From Desulfuromusa sp. (GTDB lineage: Bacteria; Desulfobacterota; Desulfuromonadia; Desulfuromonadales; Geopsychrobacteraceae), in assembly GCA_036351455.1 (NCBI GenBank), contig JAZBPC010000077.1, positions 1,387 to 65,386 on the forward strand: a DNA stretch of 64,000 nucleotides, in the 5' to 3' direction. A program made the translations under genes and the position numbers. This document shows, piece after piece, positions 49,734-61,421 of the stretch (its first letter is position 1; every line of letters starts with the position of its first letter). A model generated the notes under the pieces. That model worked only from the letters and a program-made list of their open reading frames with translations, searched no databases and was not told where the DNA came from.

Positions 49734-51014
49734 ATGGGAAAAACATTAGCAGAAAAGATTTTTGACAGTCATCTGCGCGATGAGCCATTTGCGGGGACTA
49801 AAGTCCTCAATCTGGATCGTGTTCTCTGTCATGAAATTACCACGCCAATTGCTATCGCTGATTTGGTCTGGAGAGAGAAAGACCGGGTTTTTGATCGTGA
49901 TAAACTGAAAGTTGTGATTGATCATGTGACTCCCTCCAAGGACACTAAAACGGCAACTCAAGCCAAAATCTTGCGGGATTGGGCCCGTCGCCATGAAATC
50001 CCTGATTTCTTCGATGTTGGCCGCAATGGTGTCTGTCACGCAATATTTCCTGAAAAAGGTTATATAAGGCCTGGATTTACAGTCATTATGGGAGATAGTC
50101 ACACTTGTACTCACGGCGCTTTTGGCGCTTTTGCTGCGGGTGTTGGAACAACAGATCTTGAAGTTGGAATTCTTAAAGGTGTTTGTGCGTTTCGCGAGCC
50201 GGCAACCATTCGGGTGAATCTGAATGGAACATTGTCCAAAGGGGTCTACGCTAAAGACGTTATCCTCCACGTAATAGCCACACTGGGTGTTAATGGTGCG
50301 ACCGACCGTGTTGTTGAATTCCGTGGGCCAGTTGTTGATGCGATGGATATGGATGCGCGCATGACCCTTTGTAACATGGCTGTTGAGGCCGGTGGAACAT
50401 CCGGAGTCTGTATGCCTGATATGACGACGGTTGATTATCTTTGGGATTTCATCAAGGATGATTTTGCTGATAAGGACGCGGCACTTGCTGACTACAGTCA
50501 GTGGGTTTCCGATGAAGATGCCGTTTATGCTTCAATTTTGGACCTCGATGTCTCCAATCTAACACCACAAGTGACCTTCGGTTTCAAACCTGATTGCGTC
50601 AAGCCCGTGGCTGAAATGGCTGGAACTCCGGTCGATCAGGTCTATATCGGTAGTTGCACAAACGGCCGCCTTGAAGACCTGCGACAGGCAGCTGAAGTGC
50701 TTAAGGGGAAGAAGATTGCAGACAGCGTGCGTGGCATTGTTTCCCCCGCAACGCCGAAGATCTTTCAGGACGCTTTGGCCGAAGGTATTATCCAGATCTT
50801 TATGGATTCCGGGTTTTGTGTTACCAATCCGACCTGTGGCGCCTGTCTGGGAATGAGTAATGGTGTTCTGGCTGAAGGAGAAGTCGCTGCTTCGACAACC
50901 AACCGGAACTTCAATGGACGTATGGGCAAAGGCGGTATGGTTCACCTTATGAGCCCGACAAGTGCAGCGGCAACCGCTCTAACGGGTGTCATCACTGACG
51001 CCAGAACCCTTTAA
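49734..51014 (+). CDS. leuC: 3-isopropylmalate dehydratase large subunit
   Basis: GDSHTCTHGA, IGSCTNGR, CGACLG, TTNRNFNGRMG. Confidence 0.93.
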   Translation: MGKTLAEKIFDSHLRDEPFAGTKVLNLDRVLCHEITTPIAIADLVWREKDRVFDRDKLKVVIDHVTPSKDTKTATQAKILRDWARRHEIPDFFDVGRNGVCHAIFPEKGYIRPGFTVIMGDSHTCTHGAFGAFAAGVGTTDLEVGILKGVCAFREPATIRVNLNGTLSKGVYAKDVILHVIATLGVNGATDRVVEFRGPVVDAMDMDARMTLCNMAVEAGGTSGVCMPDMTTVDYLWDFIKDDFADKDAALADYSQWVSDEDAVYASILDLDVSNLTPQVTFGFKPDCVKPVAEMAGTPVDQVYIGSCTNGRLEDLRQAAEVLKGKKIADSVRGIVSPATPKIFQDALAEGIIQIFMDSGFCVTNPTCGACLGMSNGVLAEGEVAASTTNRNFNGRMGKGGMVHLMSPTSAAATALTGVITDARTL

Positions 51015-51031
51015 CGATCAGGAGCAGAAGA

Positions 51032-51562
51032 ATGCAGAAAAAATTCGGTGGATCGGCAATCTTTCTTGATCGGTCCGATATCAATACAGATGAAATTATT
51101 CCGGCCAAGTACCTCACTGAGGTTACAAAAGAGGCCCTGACGCCGTATATCCTTGAAGATCTTAAGCTGGATGGTTTTGATCCCAAGGGTGAAAAATTGA
51201 AGAACGCCACTGTTGTTGTCTCGCGTGAGAACTTTGGCTGTGGATCATCTCGTGAGCATGCACCATGGGTGTTTGAGGTCAACGATATTCACACGGTTAT
51301 CGCTGAAAGCTATGCGCGGATTTTCCGCCAGAATATGTTCAATGGCGGCATGCTGGCGATTGAATTACCCAAAGCCGATATTGATCAGTTAATGGCAATG
51401 CATCAGCAGGGTGATGTTGTTGTGTCGGTTGACCTTGATGGTGAATCTATCACTGCTAAAGCGGGTCGTGATGAGAAGCAGTTCAGTTTTGAAATCAGCC
51501 AGTTTGACAAAGCCCTGGTTGAAGCTGGCGGCTGGGTTGAGTTTGCTGACGCACGTTATTGA
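51032..51562 (+). CDS. leuD: 3-isopropylmalate dehydratase small subunit
   Basis: DINTDEIIPA, NFGCGSSREHA, AESYARIFRQN. Confidence 0.93.
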   Translation: MQKKFGGSAIFLDRSDINTDEIIPAKYLTEVTKEALTPYILEDLKLDGFDPKGEKLKNATVVVSRENFGCGSSREHAPWVFEVNDIHTVIAESYARIFRQNMFNGGMLAIELPKADIDQLMAMHQQGDVVVSVDLDGESITAKAGRDEKQFSFEISQFDKALVEAGGWVEFADARY

Positions 51563-51586
51563 TGATTTGAAAGTCTGATGAATGAT

Positions 51587-51626
51587 GAAGAGGGGCGCAA
51601 ACATCAATTTGCGCCCCTCTTTTTTT
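51587..51626. terminator. Intrinsic terminator after leuD
   Basis: GAAGAGGGGCGCAAA...TTTGCGCCCCTCTTTTTT. Confidence 0.85.
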
Positions 51627-51641
51627 GAGAGCTAGCTTTTA

Positions 51642-54464
51642 TCAATCTTCTTTATTGAAACTATCCAGAACATTTCTGATGATTTGAGATAGTTCACTTA
51701 AACGGATAGGTTTGGGGCAAAAAGCCGCGATGCCGAACTGTTCAATCTCATCTTTGCCAATTTTGGAACTGTATCCGGTGCATAAGATGATTGGAATACG
51801 CAGTCCGGATTTTTGGATTTCTACAGCTAACTCCTTACCTGTCATTTCCGGCATTGTCTGATCGGTTATAACCAGATCAAAATATTTCGGAGCTTTATGG
51901 ATAAAATCCAGTGCCTGCTTACCAGTGGATGCAGATGTGACGGTATATCCTAAATCGGTGAGCATTTCTTCTGCGATATGGATCAGATTTTGTTCATCGT
52001 CTACAAAAAGAATTTTTTCTGAGCCACACAAGGTTTGAACCATATCATTGTCTTCCACAGGGAGATCGTGATGATCTGTGATGATGGGGAAATAGAGTTC
52101 AAAAGCTGTTCCTTTGCCTTCTGCGCTGATAACGTTGATGAAACCATCATGCTGGTCAATGATCCCCTGTACAGTCGATAACCCCATGCCTGTCCCTGTG
52201 CCAACTTCTTTGGTCGTAAAAAAGGGATCAAAAATTCTGTTCTGGGTTTCAACCGACATCCCACAGCCATTATCCTTGATGCAGAGCTTCGCATAACCGC
52301 CTGGCGTTCTATTGTATTGCGCAGGAATGTTGTTCTGGTTAATTGTTGCGGATTCAAGGGTGATGTCAATCACACCTTCTTCATTAGTTGCATGCAGCGC
52401 ATTCGTATAGAGGTTTATCAGGGTCTCCTGAATTTGTTTGCTGTCAGCAAAAATCTTCAATTGTTTGTCTTCGTCTGCAACGGAATAATTGAGCTTAAGA
52501 GTGGCAGGATTTGTGGAACGAAGGAGCTTCAGAGTTTCTTCGATAATGATAGACAGTTCAACCGTTGTTTTCTCATGGCTCCCTTTACGACTGTAGATCA
52601 TAATTTGATTAATCAGATTGCGCGTGTTCAAGACAGCATTGTGGGCGTTGCTCAGATAGCTTTCAAGCTTTTCCGGTTGTGACAATTTGCGCTGGGCCAT
52701 TTCCATGTTCCCAAGAATAATAGCAAGACTGTTGTTAAAGTTATGTGCCATTCCTCCTGCCATCAGTCCTACTGCTTCCATCTTATATTTCTGGCGTAAT
52801 TGATTCTCCATTTCCAACTGCTGCTGTTCCAGTTTTTTTTGTTCTGTCAGGTCGCGTTCAATGGCAAACAGAAAAGATTCGCCATCGATCTGCACCATTT
52901 TGATGATCGATTCAACAGGAAATGTGCTTCCGTCTTTGCGTTGATGAATGACTTCAAAACGGATGGTATCCCCTTGCTGCAGACGAGACAGGCGCTCATC
53001 ATCGTTGGGAACATCTTTCTCAAATGGGTCAAGAAAAGTAATAGGCTGGCCAATTAATTCTTCTCTCTCGTAACCATGCATCTTTCCCGCGGCTTCACTC
53101 ACATCAACGATAACCATTTTATCCACTTGATGTTGTAAAATCAGAACGTAGTCAGAAACGTGTTCAAAGAGGGTACGGAATTTGAGTTCCTCAGATTTCA
53201 AAAATACTTCAGCTTCCCTGCGTTTTTCAACCATTTGATTAGCATCTACAGCCAGCTGCTGAAATTCAATGAACTTTTGTTGGTTGGGGTCGAGTGGAAT
53301 GGCATTGACAGCAGCATGGTTAAAAAAATCACGAAAACTATCAAAACTGCAGGTGATCTGTTTGTTGAAGTGTTTGGATACATAAGACAGCAGGATTAAA
53401 AAAAGAATGAGAACAGAGAAGATCGTCATCATTCTTTCAATCAGCTCAGTCTTTCTTTCTTTAAGCATTGCAGCAACTTCAGCATCAAGATCAGCAATGA
53501 AGTCGCCAGTGCCTAAATACCATCCCCATTTAGGGAAACCAGCAACATAGCTTATTTTTGGTTCAGGCCGTTCCCCTGCAAGGGGGGGCATCACATATTC
53601 CAGGAACCCTTGTCCTTTTTTTGATATCGCTATCATTTCCTGGACAATTTTCAAACCGTTGTTATCCTCAACCTCATACATGTTGCGCCCTTTCGCCGGG
53701 AAGGAAAGGGATACTCCTGAAAAATCGGTCACAAAAACATAGCCATTGTTGTCGTACCTGATTTTTTCAATCCGCTCTATCAGTTTTGTTTGCAGATCAC
53801 CAATGCTGTCATCGACATACTCTCCCGATCCAACAATCCAGTTCAGGGGTTTAAAATATTTGATGTAGGCAACTTTTTGGTATTGATTTTTCAGATCATC
53901 GGGTTTTGTCCAGGTATATTCGTAAGGTCCTTCACCTTTTTGACGGGCAATATTGATCATGTCCTGTACAACAATTTTGTTATTTAAATCGCGAATATTT
54001 AGGAAACTTGTCCCCTCCAGTTGCGGTGCTGGAGGATAAACCTGTTCTATCCCATCCAGACTCAAAGCAAAATAATAACCGCGCGTTCCGTTAAAGCGCA
54101 TGGCCCTCAAAACACTTCTTATTTCAGCAGTGATCTGATCAAGACTTGAATTGGTTTTGTGATTATTATAGATTTCTTCGATAATGGTATATGCTTCATT
54201 GGTCCGCTGTTGAACTTCATCATAGATATGCTCTTGAAAAATCTCTTCTTCATATTTGACCATATTCAGCACATGCAAGGTTCGTTCTTTAAGTTCCTGC
54301 CGCTGTTGCTGAATGGCTTTTTCTTTGAGAATTTCCGTTGTTGTGGCCAGCTGATGATAGCTGTTGATAAACCAGAATGCGCCTAGGAAGAAAACCGAGA
54401 GGAGAAGACTCAGGAAATTACGCAGATAAAAACTTCTGGTTAGACTTTGAGAACTCTTCAGCAT
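51642..54464 (-). CDS. Hybrid sensor histidine kinase (2x Cache_2, PAS, HisKA/HATPase, receiver)
   Basis: Two Cache_2-like repeats (YYFALSLDG...WIVGSG; YVFVTDFSG...WYLGTG), PAS (HQRKDGSTFPVE), H-box GGMAHNFNN, DNGCGM, FFTTKEVGTGTGMGL, receiver ILFVDDE...VITDQTMP. Confidence 0.93.
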   Translation of the reverse strand: MLKSSQSLTRSFYLRNFLSLLLSVFFLGAFWFINSYHQLATTTEILKEKAIQQQRQELKERTLHVLNMVKYEEEIFQEHIYDEVQQRTNEAYTIIEEIYNNHKTNSSLDQITAEIRSVLRAMRFNGTRGYYFALSLDGIEQVYPPAPQLEGTSFLNIRDLNNKIVVQDMINIARQKGEGPYEYTWTKPDDLKNQYQKVAYIKYFKPLNWIVGSGEYVDDSIGDLQTKLIERIEKIRYDNNGYVFVTDFSGVSLSFPAKGRNMYEVEDNNGLKIVQEMIAISKKGQGFLEYVMPPLAGERPEPKISYVAGFPKWGWYLGTGDFIADLDAEVAAMLKERKTELIERMMTIFSVLILFLILLSYVSKHFNKQITCSFDSFRDFFNHAAVNAIPLDPNQQKFIEFQQLAVDANQMVEKRREAEVFLKSEELKFRTLFEHVSDYVLILQHQVDKMVIVDVSEAAGKMHGYEREELIGQPITFLDPFEKDVPNDDERLSRLQQGDTIRFEVIHQRKDGSTFPVESIIKMVQIDGESFLFAIERDLTEQKKLEQQQLEMENQLRQKYKMEAVGLMAGGMAHNFNNSLAIILGNMEMAQRKLSQPEKLESYLSNAHNAVLNTRNLINQIMIYSRKGSHEKTTVELSIIIEETLKLLRSTNPATLKLNYSVADEDKQLKIFADSKQIQETLINLYTNALHATNEEGVIDITLESATINQNNIPAQYNRTPGGYAKLCIKDNGCGMSVETQNRIFDPFFTTKEVGTGTGMGLSTVQGIIDQHDGFINVISAEGKGTAFELYFPIITDHHDLPVEDNDMVQTLCGSEKILFVDDEQNLIHIAEEMLTDLGYTVTSASTGKQALDFIHKAPKYFDLVITDQTMPEMTGKELAVEIQKSGLRIPIILCTGYSSKIGKDEIEQFGIAAFCPKPIRLSELSQIIRNVLDSFNKED

Positions 54465-54749
54465 GATGAATCTCTATACAAAAAGGGAAGATCTTCGTTC
54501 CGCAAAGAATTATCTGGTGCAATAATTATGATTATTGTTCACCAATGAATATTTACTATACAGAAGAGGGGGGCTGTTGGGAAGAGATTTATCTATTATT
54601 AGGTATGGATATGGCTAATGGCCAGCGACAGATCATGACATGATCTATTGACCTATGTTAGTATCCGCAAAAAAAACTCACGCAAGGATGGGTGGTTTAG
54701 AGGCGATCTTCAATCAATATTTTTTAAACATCTAAGTAAAGAGGACATT

Positions 54750-56606
54750 ATGCCAGTTTATCGATCTGCACAATCAGTTCAGGGGAAAAATATGGCCGGG
54801 GCTCGTGCCCTGTGGCTGGCAACGGGGGTGAAACCAAAGGATTTTGGCAAGCCCATTATTGCTGTCGTGAATTCGTTTACCCAGTTTGTCCCGGGCCATG
54901 TCCATTTGAAGGATTTAGGTCAGCTGGTTGCTGCTCAGATCGAAGAGCACGGCGGGATTGCAAAAGAGTTTAATACCATGGCGATCTGTGATGGAATTGC
55001 GATGGGACATCAGGGGATGCTTTACAGCCTTCCGTCACGCGAGTTAATTGCTGATACTGTTGAGTACATGGCAAATGCTCATTGTGTTGATGCATTGGTC
55101 TGTATCTCCAACTGTGACAAGATCACACCTGGGATGTTGATGGCCTCGATGCGTTTGAATATCCCGACAATTTTTGTCACTGGTGGCCCCATGGAAGCCG
55201 GCCGTGCAACTGTTCAGGGACAGGATGTTGCACTGGATCTTGTCGACGCCATGGTTGCTGCTGCAAACCCGGATGTCAGCAATGAAGATGTTGCCGTTTA
55301 CGAGCGGAGCTCCTGTCCAACTTGTGGCTCTTGCTCGGGGATGTTTACCGCCAATTCGATGAACTGTCTGGTCGAGGCCCTGGGAATGGGGCTGCCAGGA
55401 AATGGCAGTCTTGTTGCGACTCACGCAGACCGGAGAGATTTGTTTCTGCAGGCAGCAAGAAAAATCATGGATTTGACCAAACGTTGGTACGAGAACGATG
55501 ATGAGCGGGTTTTGCCGCGATCCATCGCCAGTTTTGGTGCCTATGAAAATGCTATGCGACTCGATATTGCTATGGGTGGATCAACAAATACTATCCTTCA
55601 TTTGCTGGCAATTGCGCGTGAGGGTGAAGTTAACTTTACCATGGATGATATTAACCGTCTTTCTCTGCAGACTCCAAATTTGTGCAAGGTTGCTCCAGCT
55701 GTGCAGCATTATCACATGGAGGATGTCCATCGTGCCGGAGGTATCTTCGCTATTCTCGGAGAGCTCGATCGTGCTGGGTTGATCCAGCGTGATGTGCCGA
55801 CAGTTCATAGCGCTACCATGGGTGAGGCGATTGAAGAGTGGGATGTTGTGCGTACGGATGACTCTGCTGTGCAGCAGTTTTATCGCGCTGCCCCTGGTGG
55901 TGAGCGTTGTGTCGAGGCTTTTGCCCAGAATAAGCGTTACTCCTCTCTGGATCTGGATCGCGAAAATGGCTGTATCCGGGCGCAGAAACACGCCTACAGT
56001 CAGGATGGTGGGCTCGCCGTCCTTTATGGGAATTTGGCGGATGATGGTTGTATCGTTAAAACGGCTGGCGTTGATGACTCCAACCTTACGTTTACTGGTC
56101 CTGCCCGTATTTTCGAGAGCCAGGAAGATGCGATAGACGGGATCCTTGGTGATACTGTTCAAGCAGGCGATGTCGTGGTGATCCGCTATGAAGGTCCAAA
56201 GGGTGGACCCGGAATGCAGGAAATGCTCTATCCGACCAGTTACCTGAAGTCAAAAGGTTTAGGGAAGGCCTGTGCGTTGATTACTGACGGCCGTTTTTCC
56301 GGGGGAACTTCAGGACTGTCGATTGGTCATATCTCGCCAGAAGCTGCAGAAGGGGGAGCGATTGCTTTGCTGGAGGAAGGTGACCTGATTGCTATTGATA
56401 TTCCTGCACGCAAAATCTCCATGCAGGTTGATGACGAGGTTCTACAGCAACGCCAGACGGAGATGTTGGAAAAAGCTGATCAGGCATGGCAACCGGCTAG
56501 TCGGCAACGGCAAGTCAGTCGTGCCTTGCAGGCTTATGCGGCAACGACCACCAGCGCAGCAAGAGGGGCTGTACGTGATCTGGAGCAGTTGAAGAAAAAA
56601 AGCTAG
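54750..56606 (+). CDS. ilvD: Dihydroxy-acid dehydratase (E. coli-like long type)
   Basis: [58 protein letters not shown]. Start moved to 54750. Confidence 0.96.
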   Translation: MPVYRSAQSVQGKNMAGARALWLATGVKPKDFGKPIIAVVNSFTQFVPGHVHLKDLGQLVAAQIEEHGGIAKEFNTMAICDGIAMGHQGMLYSLPSRELIADTVEYMANAHCVDALVCISNCDKITPGMLMASMRLNIPTIFVTGGPMEAGRATVQGQDVALDLVDAMVAAANPDVSNEDVAVYERSSCPTCGSCSGMFTANSMNCLVEALGMGLPGNGSLVATHADRRDLFLQAARKIMDLTKRWYENDDERVLPRSIASFGAYENAMRLDIAMGGSTNTILHLLAIAREGEVNFTMDDINRLSLQTPNLCKVAPAVQHYHMEDVHRAGGIFAILGELDRAGLIQRDVPTVHSATMGEAIEEWDVVRTDDSAVQQFYRAAPGGERCVEAFAQNKRYSSLDLDRENGCIRAQKHAYSQDGGLAVLYGNLADDGCIVKTAGVDDSNLTFTGPARIFESQEDAIDGILGDTVQAGDVVVIRYEGPKGGPGMQEMLYPTSYLKSKGLGKACALITDGRFSGGTSGLSIGHISPEAAEGGAIALLEEGDLIAIDIPARKISMQVDDEVLQQRQTEMLEKADQAWQPASRQRQVSRALQAYAATTTSAARGAVRDLEQLKKKS

Positions 56607-56628
56607 TTGTCCAAGTTGGATTTGATGA

Positions 56629-56672
56629 AAAACAAAAGAGCCGATGCATTGTTGTATCGGCTCTTTTGTTTT
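56629..56672. terminator. Bidirectional terminator between ilvD and dsbC
   Basis: AAAACAAAAGAGCCGAT...ATCGGCTCTTTTGTTTT. Confidence 0.85.
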
Positions 56673-56679
56673 CTGTGAT

Positions 56680-57441
56680 CTATTGGGGGGCTACTTGATT
56701 TTCGTCAATCAGTTTTAAAAGGGGCTCCAGTGGGCGGAAACCAGGAGAGATCTGTCCATTGGGTAAAATCAGCGCAGGAGTTCCGCGAATTCCCAGCTTT
56801 TGGGCAAGGGCCAGATTCTCCTCAACGATGTCCGATTCGCAGGTGGGCTCAGGGAGTGCTTGCCCTGAAAATGCCATTTCAAGTTGTTCCATCGATTTAT
56901 TACAGATGATGGTTTGGGTGATTTTTTTGGAGCTCTGTTTGAAGGGAATCAGTTTAATATAAAACGCAAGATCCGGGTTGGCTTTAATTGCCTCATGGAG
57001 AACATTGTGAAGTTGGCTACAATAGGGGCAATGTGGATCTGTAAATACCAATACCCGCACTTTCGCATCTGGATTGCCAAGGATTAAAGCGTCTTCCAAT
57101 GGAATGGTTGAGATATCGACAGGATTGAGTTCTTGGCGATATGCTTCGGTCAGATTCTTGCGATCTTTGATGCGGATGAGGCTACCAGTAAATAGATAAG
57201 AGCCGCTGGCATCGAGATAGATAGGGACAATTGTTCCCTGCATTCTCATGGCCACCCGAAATAATCCTGGAACTTCAGCAGGACTGACAGATACAACTTC
57301 TCCTTGAATCCCTTGCAGGGCTTTGATTGCAGACTCTTTAGTGAGAACCTGTGCTGATTCACTGCTCACAGGGGCACTGGCCGCATATGCGGGTAGCGCA
57401 CTTAAGATGAAGATCATACATAATGGTAAAATGAGACGCAT
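56680..57441 (-). CDS. dsbC: DsbC-family thiol:disulfide isomerase
   Basis: Signal peptide, N-terminal dimerisation domain, VFTDPHCPYC, GIRGTP. Start moved to 57441. Confidence 0.85.
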   Translation of the reverse strand: MRLILPLCMIFILSALPAYAASAPVSSESAQVLTKESAIKALQGIQGEVVSVSPAEVPGLFRVAMRMQGTIVPIYLDASGSYLFTGSLIRIKDRKNLTEAYRQELNPVDISTIPLEDALILGNPDAKVRVLVFTDPHCPYCSQLHNVLHEAIKANPDLAFYIKLIPFKQSSKKITQTIICNKSMEQLEMAFSGQALPEPTCESDIVEENLALAQKLGIRGTPALILPNGQISPGFRPLEPLLKLIDENQVAPQ

Positions 57442-57583
57442 AATGTCCTCCTGGTTACAGTTCATAATTGTTGATCAACCGTTTTTTTGAATTGCTCCTG
57501 AAACGCATTGGGGTGGGACAATAACATATTCTCCCCCCTGCTTCCAGCAGTCTAATTGATGGTTTTTGTCGGGGAGAAATGGT

Positions 57584-57612
57584 TTGACAAAAAAGTTCCC
57601 TTTTCCTATAGT
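57584..57612 (+). promoter_or_regulatory. Sigma70-type promoter upstream of leuB
   Basis: TTGACA-N17-TATAGT. Confidence 0.7.
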
Positions 57613-57616
57613 TTAG

Positions 57617-58768
<1,152 letters not shown>

Positions 58769-58834
58769 TAGTCTGTCCGGGAGGCACGTATTTGCTATGT
58801 GACTCCCGGATAAGCGTTTGTGTGAATTATCGAT

Positions 58835-59587
58835 ATGACTGAAGGTGCTTACCGTCCCGGCAACAGTTTTCTTCACCGAGCTGACCCGCGAGTCAAGTTG
58901 CTGCTGCTGCTTGGCTTGGTTGTCTGTCTGTTTTCCGCCTCCAACCCACAACGATTACTGCTGATTTCCTGCCTCTGGTTTGTCGCTGCAGGGGGCTCTG
59001 TTAAGGGTTTGTATGATGTCTGGCGGATCATCAAGTTGCTGCGTTGGTTATTGTTCTTTACCTTGATTGTCCATCTTTTCTTTACCCCAGGGCACACGTT
59101 GTTTGGTACCCGCTGGATCTCTTATGATGGATTGTTGCGTGGGTTGATGATTAACATGCAACTTGTTCTCGCTGTTCTGTTTTCCCTGCTTCTTGCTTGG
59201 ACCACCAGTCCTGAGGCTATGGCTTCAGGGTTGACAAGCCTTTTGGCGCCTCTCCAAAAATTGCGGATTCCTGTGAAAGAGGCAGGAGGGATGCTGATGC
59301 TGGTTCTCCACTTCTTTCCCCTGATTCAAGGTGAAGTTGCTATGTTGAAATCTGAGCGCAAGCAGAAAGGTTCAGGTGTGATGTCAGGGTTTCGGGGGTG
59401 GGTTGAGAACCTGGAGCCTTTGCTGAATCGGTTATTTGATCGTGCCGATCAATTGGCAAAAGATATCGTTTCAGGAACTCAGTCGCTGGAAACTACGAAC
59501 AATCAAGATAACCTTGCGCTTGATCGTTTATCTCTGCTGATGTCGTTTCTCGGGCTATTGACTGTTCTGGCTCTTTGGCGGGTTTGA
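58835..59587 (+). CDS. Energy-coupling factor transporter transmembrane component (EcfT/CbiQ-like)
   Basis: GAYRPGNSFLHRADPRVKL, several TM helices, TTSPEAMASGL...LRIP. Confidence 0.8.
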   Translation: MTEGAYRPGNSFLHRADPRVKLLLLLGLVVCLFSASNPQRLLLISCLWFVAAGGSVKGLYDVWRIIKLLRWLLFFTLIVHLFFTPGHTLFGTRWISYDGLLRGLMINMQLVLAVLFSLLLAWTTSPEAMASGLTSLLAPLQKLRIPVKEAGGMLMLVLHFFPLIQGEVAMLKSERKQKGSGVMSGFRGWVENLEPLLNRLFDRADQLAKDIVSGTQSLETTNNQDNLALDRLSLLMSFLGLLTVLALWRV

Positions 59588-59588
59588 G

Positions 59589-60323
59589 ATGTCGAGGATC
59601 AAGTTGATTGTCGCATATGACGGCACGGACTATGTTGGTTGGCAATTTCAACCCAATGGTATATCCATCCAGGAACGATTAGAACAGGGACTCCATCGAT
59701 TAACAGGTAGCATCCATCGAGTGTATTCGTCTGGACGAACCGACTCGGGGGTTCATGCCCGGGGGATGGTTTGCCATTTCGACACCGAGAAAGAGTTGCC
59801 ATTGACGGCCTGGCGGGAAGGGCTGAATCGTTTTCTCCCTGATGATATTGCCGTCCGCGAGGCAGAACATGTCGATGATCAATTTCATGCGCGCTTTTCA
59901 GCACGGGGAAAACGTTATCGTTATACGATTTTGCGTGATTCCGTGCGCTCTCCCTTAGAGAGAAAAACCAGCTGGCAAGTTAAAAAAAAACTTGATTTGA
60001 CAAAAATGCAAACGGCTGCAAAGAGTTTTGTTGGTCAGCATGATTTTGCGGCATTCCGTACTTCAGGTTGTTCCGCGGGCACGACTATCCGGGAAATCTA
60101 TTCCATTACTTTTACTGAAGATGGAACTCTGCTCCATATCGATGTCTGTGGGAGTGGTTTTTTAAAGAATATGATCAGAATGATGGTTGGAACGTTGGCG
60201 CAGATTGGTCGTGGTAAACGGTCCGTTGTTTCAATTCAGGAGCTTTTGGATGGTGCTGAATCTGTATTTTCCCCATTAACTGCTCCAGCACAGGGCCTCT
60301 GTTTGATGGAGGTGTGGTTTTGA
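59589..60323 (+). CDS. truA: tRNA pseudouridine(38-40) synthase
   Basis: YDGTDYVGWQ, SGRTDSGVHA, HARFSA, GFLKNMIR, APAQGLCL. Confidence 0.96.
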   Translation: MSRIKLIVAYDGTDYVGWQFQPNGISIQERLEQGLHRLTGSIHRVYSSGRTDSGVHARGMVCHFDTEKELPLTAWREGLNRFLPDDIAVREAEHVDDQFHARFSARGKRYRYTILRDSVRSPLERKTSWQVKKKLDLTKMQTAAKSFVGQHDFAAFRTSGCSAGTTIREIYSITFTEDGTLLHIDVCGSGFLKNMIRMMVGTLAQIGRGKRSVVSIQELLDGAESVFSPLTAPAQGLCLMEVWF

Positions 60324-60378
60324 TTGAAAAATTGCCGGTAGAAAAGGAAACAAAGCTAATATGTTCTGTCGAATTTTC

Positions 60379-60407
60379 TTGACAGTTAAAGGTGAGTCAG
60401 ATAGATT
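60379..60407 (+). promoter_or_regulatory. Sigma70-type promoter of rplM-rpsI
   Basis: TTGACA-N17-TAGATT. Confidence 0.65.
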
Positions 60408-60460
60408 GTCCGCTTTGTGAGCCCTACAACCTTTTAGTCATAAGTTCAGAGAGGAACGCG

Positions 60461-60889
60461 ATGAGCACTTTGATCGCTAAAGAGCAGGATATTATAAGAG
60501 ATTGGTATGTTGTAGACCTTGAAGAAGTTGTTCTTGGTCGTGCTGCAACTGAGATAGCTCGTGTTTTGCGTGGTAAACACAAGCCTATTTATACTCCAAG
60601 TGTTGATACCGGAGACTTCGTAGTTGTTCTCAATGCTGATAAAATCCGGTTGACCGGAAACAAACTGGCCGATAAGAAATATTATCATCACAGTGGTTTC
60701 CAGGGCGGCATTAAAGAGATCAGTGCTGAGAAATTACTTGTAAAGAAGCCTGAAATGTTGGTGGAAGCAGCTGTCAGAGGCATGCTGCCAAAAAATAAAT
60801 TAGGCCGTAAAATGTTTCGTAAACTCAAGGTTTATGCCGGTGGTGAACATCCTCATGCCGCACAGCAACCTAAAGAACTGAAGTTTTAA
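60461..60889 (+). CDS. rplM: 50S ribosomal protein L13
   Basis: WYVVD...LGR...[33 protein letters not shown]. Start moved to 60461. Confidence 0.98.
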   Translation: MSTLIAKEQDIIRDWYVVDLEEVVLGRAATEIARVLRGKHKPIYTPSVDTGDFVVVLNADKIRLTGNKLADKKYYHHSGFQGGIKEISAEKLLVKKPEMLVEAAVRGMLPKNKLGRKMFRKLKVYAGGEHPHAAQQPKELKF

Positions 60890-60906
60890 TATCGGGAGAT
60901 AGCTAG

Positions 60907-61299
60907 ATGGCTGAGCAGAAGTATTATGCAACTGGCAAAAGAAAAACCTCAATCGCTCGTGTTTGGATGAAACCTGGTACGGGTATGATTACTGTTAACA
61001 AACGTCCTTTGGATGAGTTCTTCGGTCGTGAGACTTCCAAAATGGTGATTCATCAGCCATTGGAGTTGACTGAGAACCTCGGGAAGTTCGATGTCTCCAT
61101 TAATGTTTCTGGAGGTGGTATGTCTGGTCAGGCTGGTGCAATCAGACACGGGATAACTAAAGCTCTTCTTGATGTTAACCCAGAATTGCGGGCCACTTTG
61201 AAGCAAGCCGGTTTTATCACTCGCGACAGCCGTATTAAAGAGCGTAAGAAGTACGGTCGTAAAGCTGCTCGTGCGAGTTTCCAGTTCTCCAAGCGTTAA
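60907..61299 (+). CDS. rpsI: 30S ribosomal protein S9
   Basis: [46 protein letters not shown]. Confidence 0.98.
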   Translation: MAEQKYYATGKRKTSIARVWMKPGTGMITVNKRPLDEFFGRETSKMVIHQPLELTENLGKFDVSINVSGGGMSGQAGAIRHGITKALLDVNPELRATLKQAGFITRDSRIKERKKYGRKAARASFQFSKR

Positions 61300-61339
61300 T
61301 TCCATTTATTGGCAATTATCTGCTGGATGCACAAAAAAG

Positions 61340-61372
61340 AAAAAGGGAAGCCCCAGAGGGTTTCCCTTTTTT
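61340..61372 (+). terminator. Intrinsic terminator after rpsI
   Basis: AAAAAGGGAAGCCC-CAGA-GGGTTTCCCTTTTTT. Confidence 0.8.
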
Positions 61373-61421
61373 CGTCTGGATATGCCTGAGTTAATATTTG
61401 GCATTGATTACGGAGATTTCA

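Noticed and set aside
54465-54749. Attenuator leader peptide or real N-terminal extension upstream of ilvD
   Set aside because: The short ORFs here are not rich in Ile/Leu/Val and there is no clear terminator. The 34-codon extension in the ORF track lies upstream of the RBS-supported ATG at 54750.
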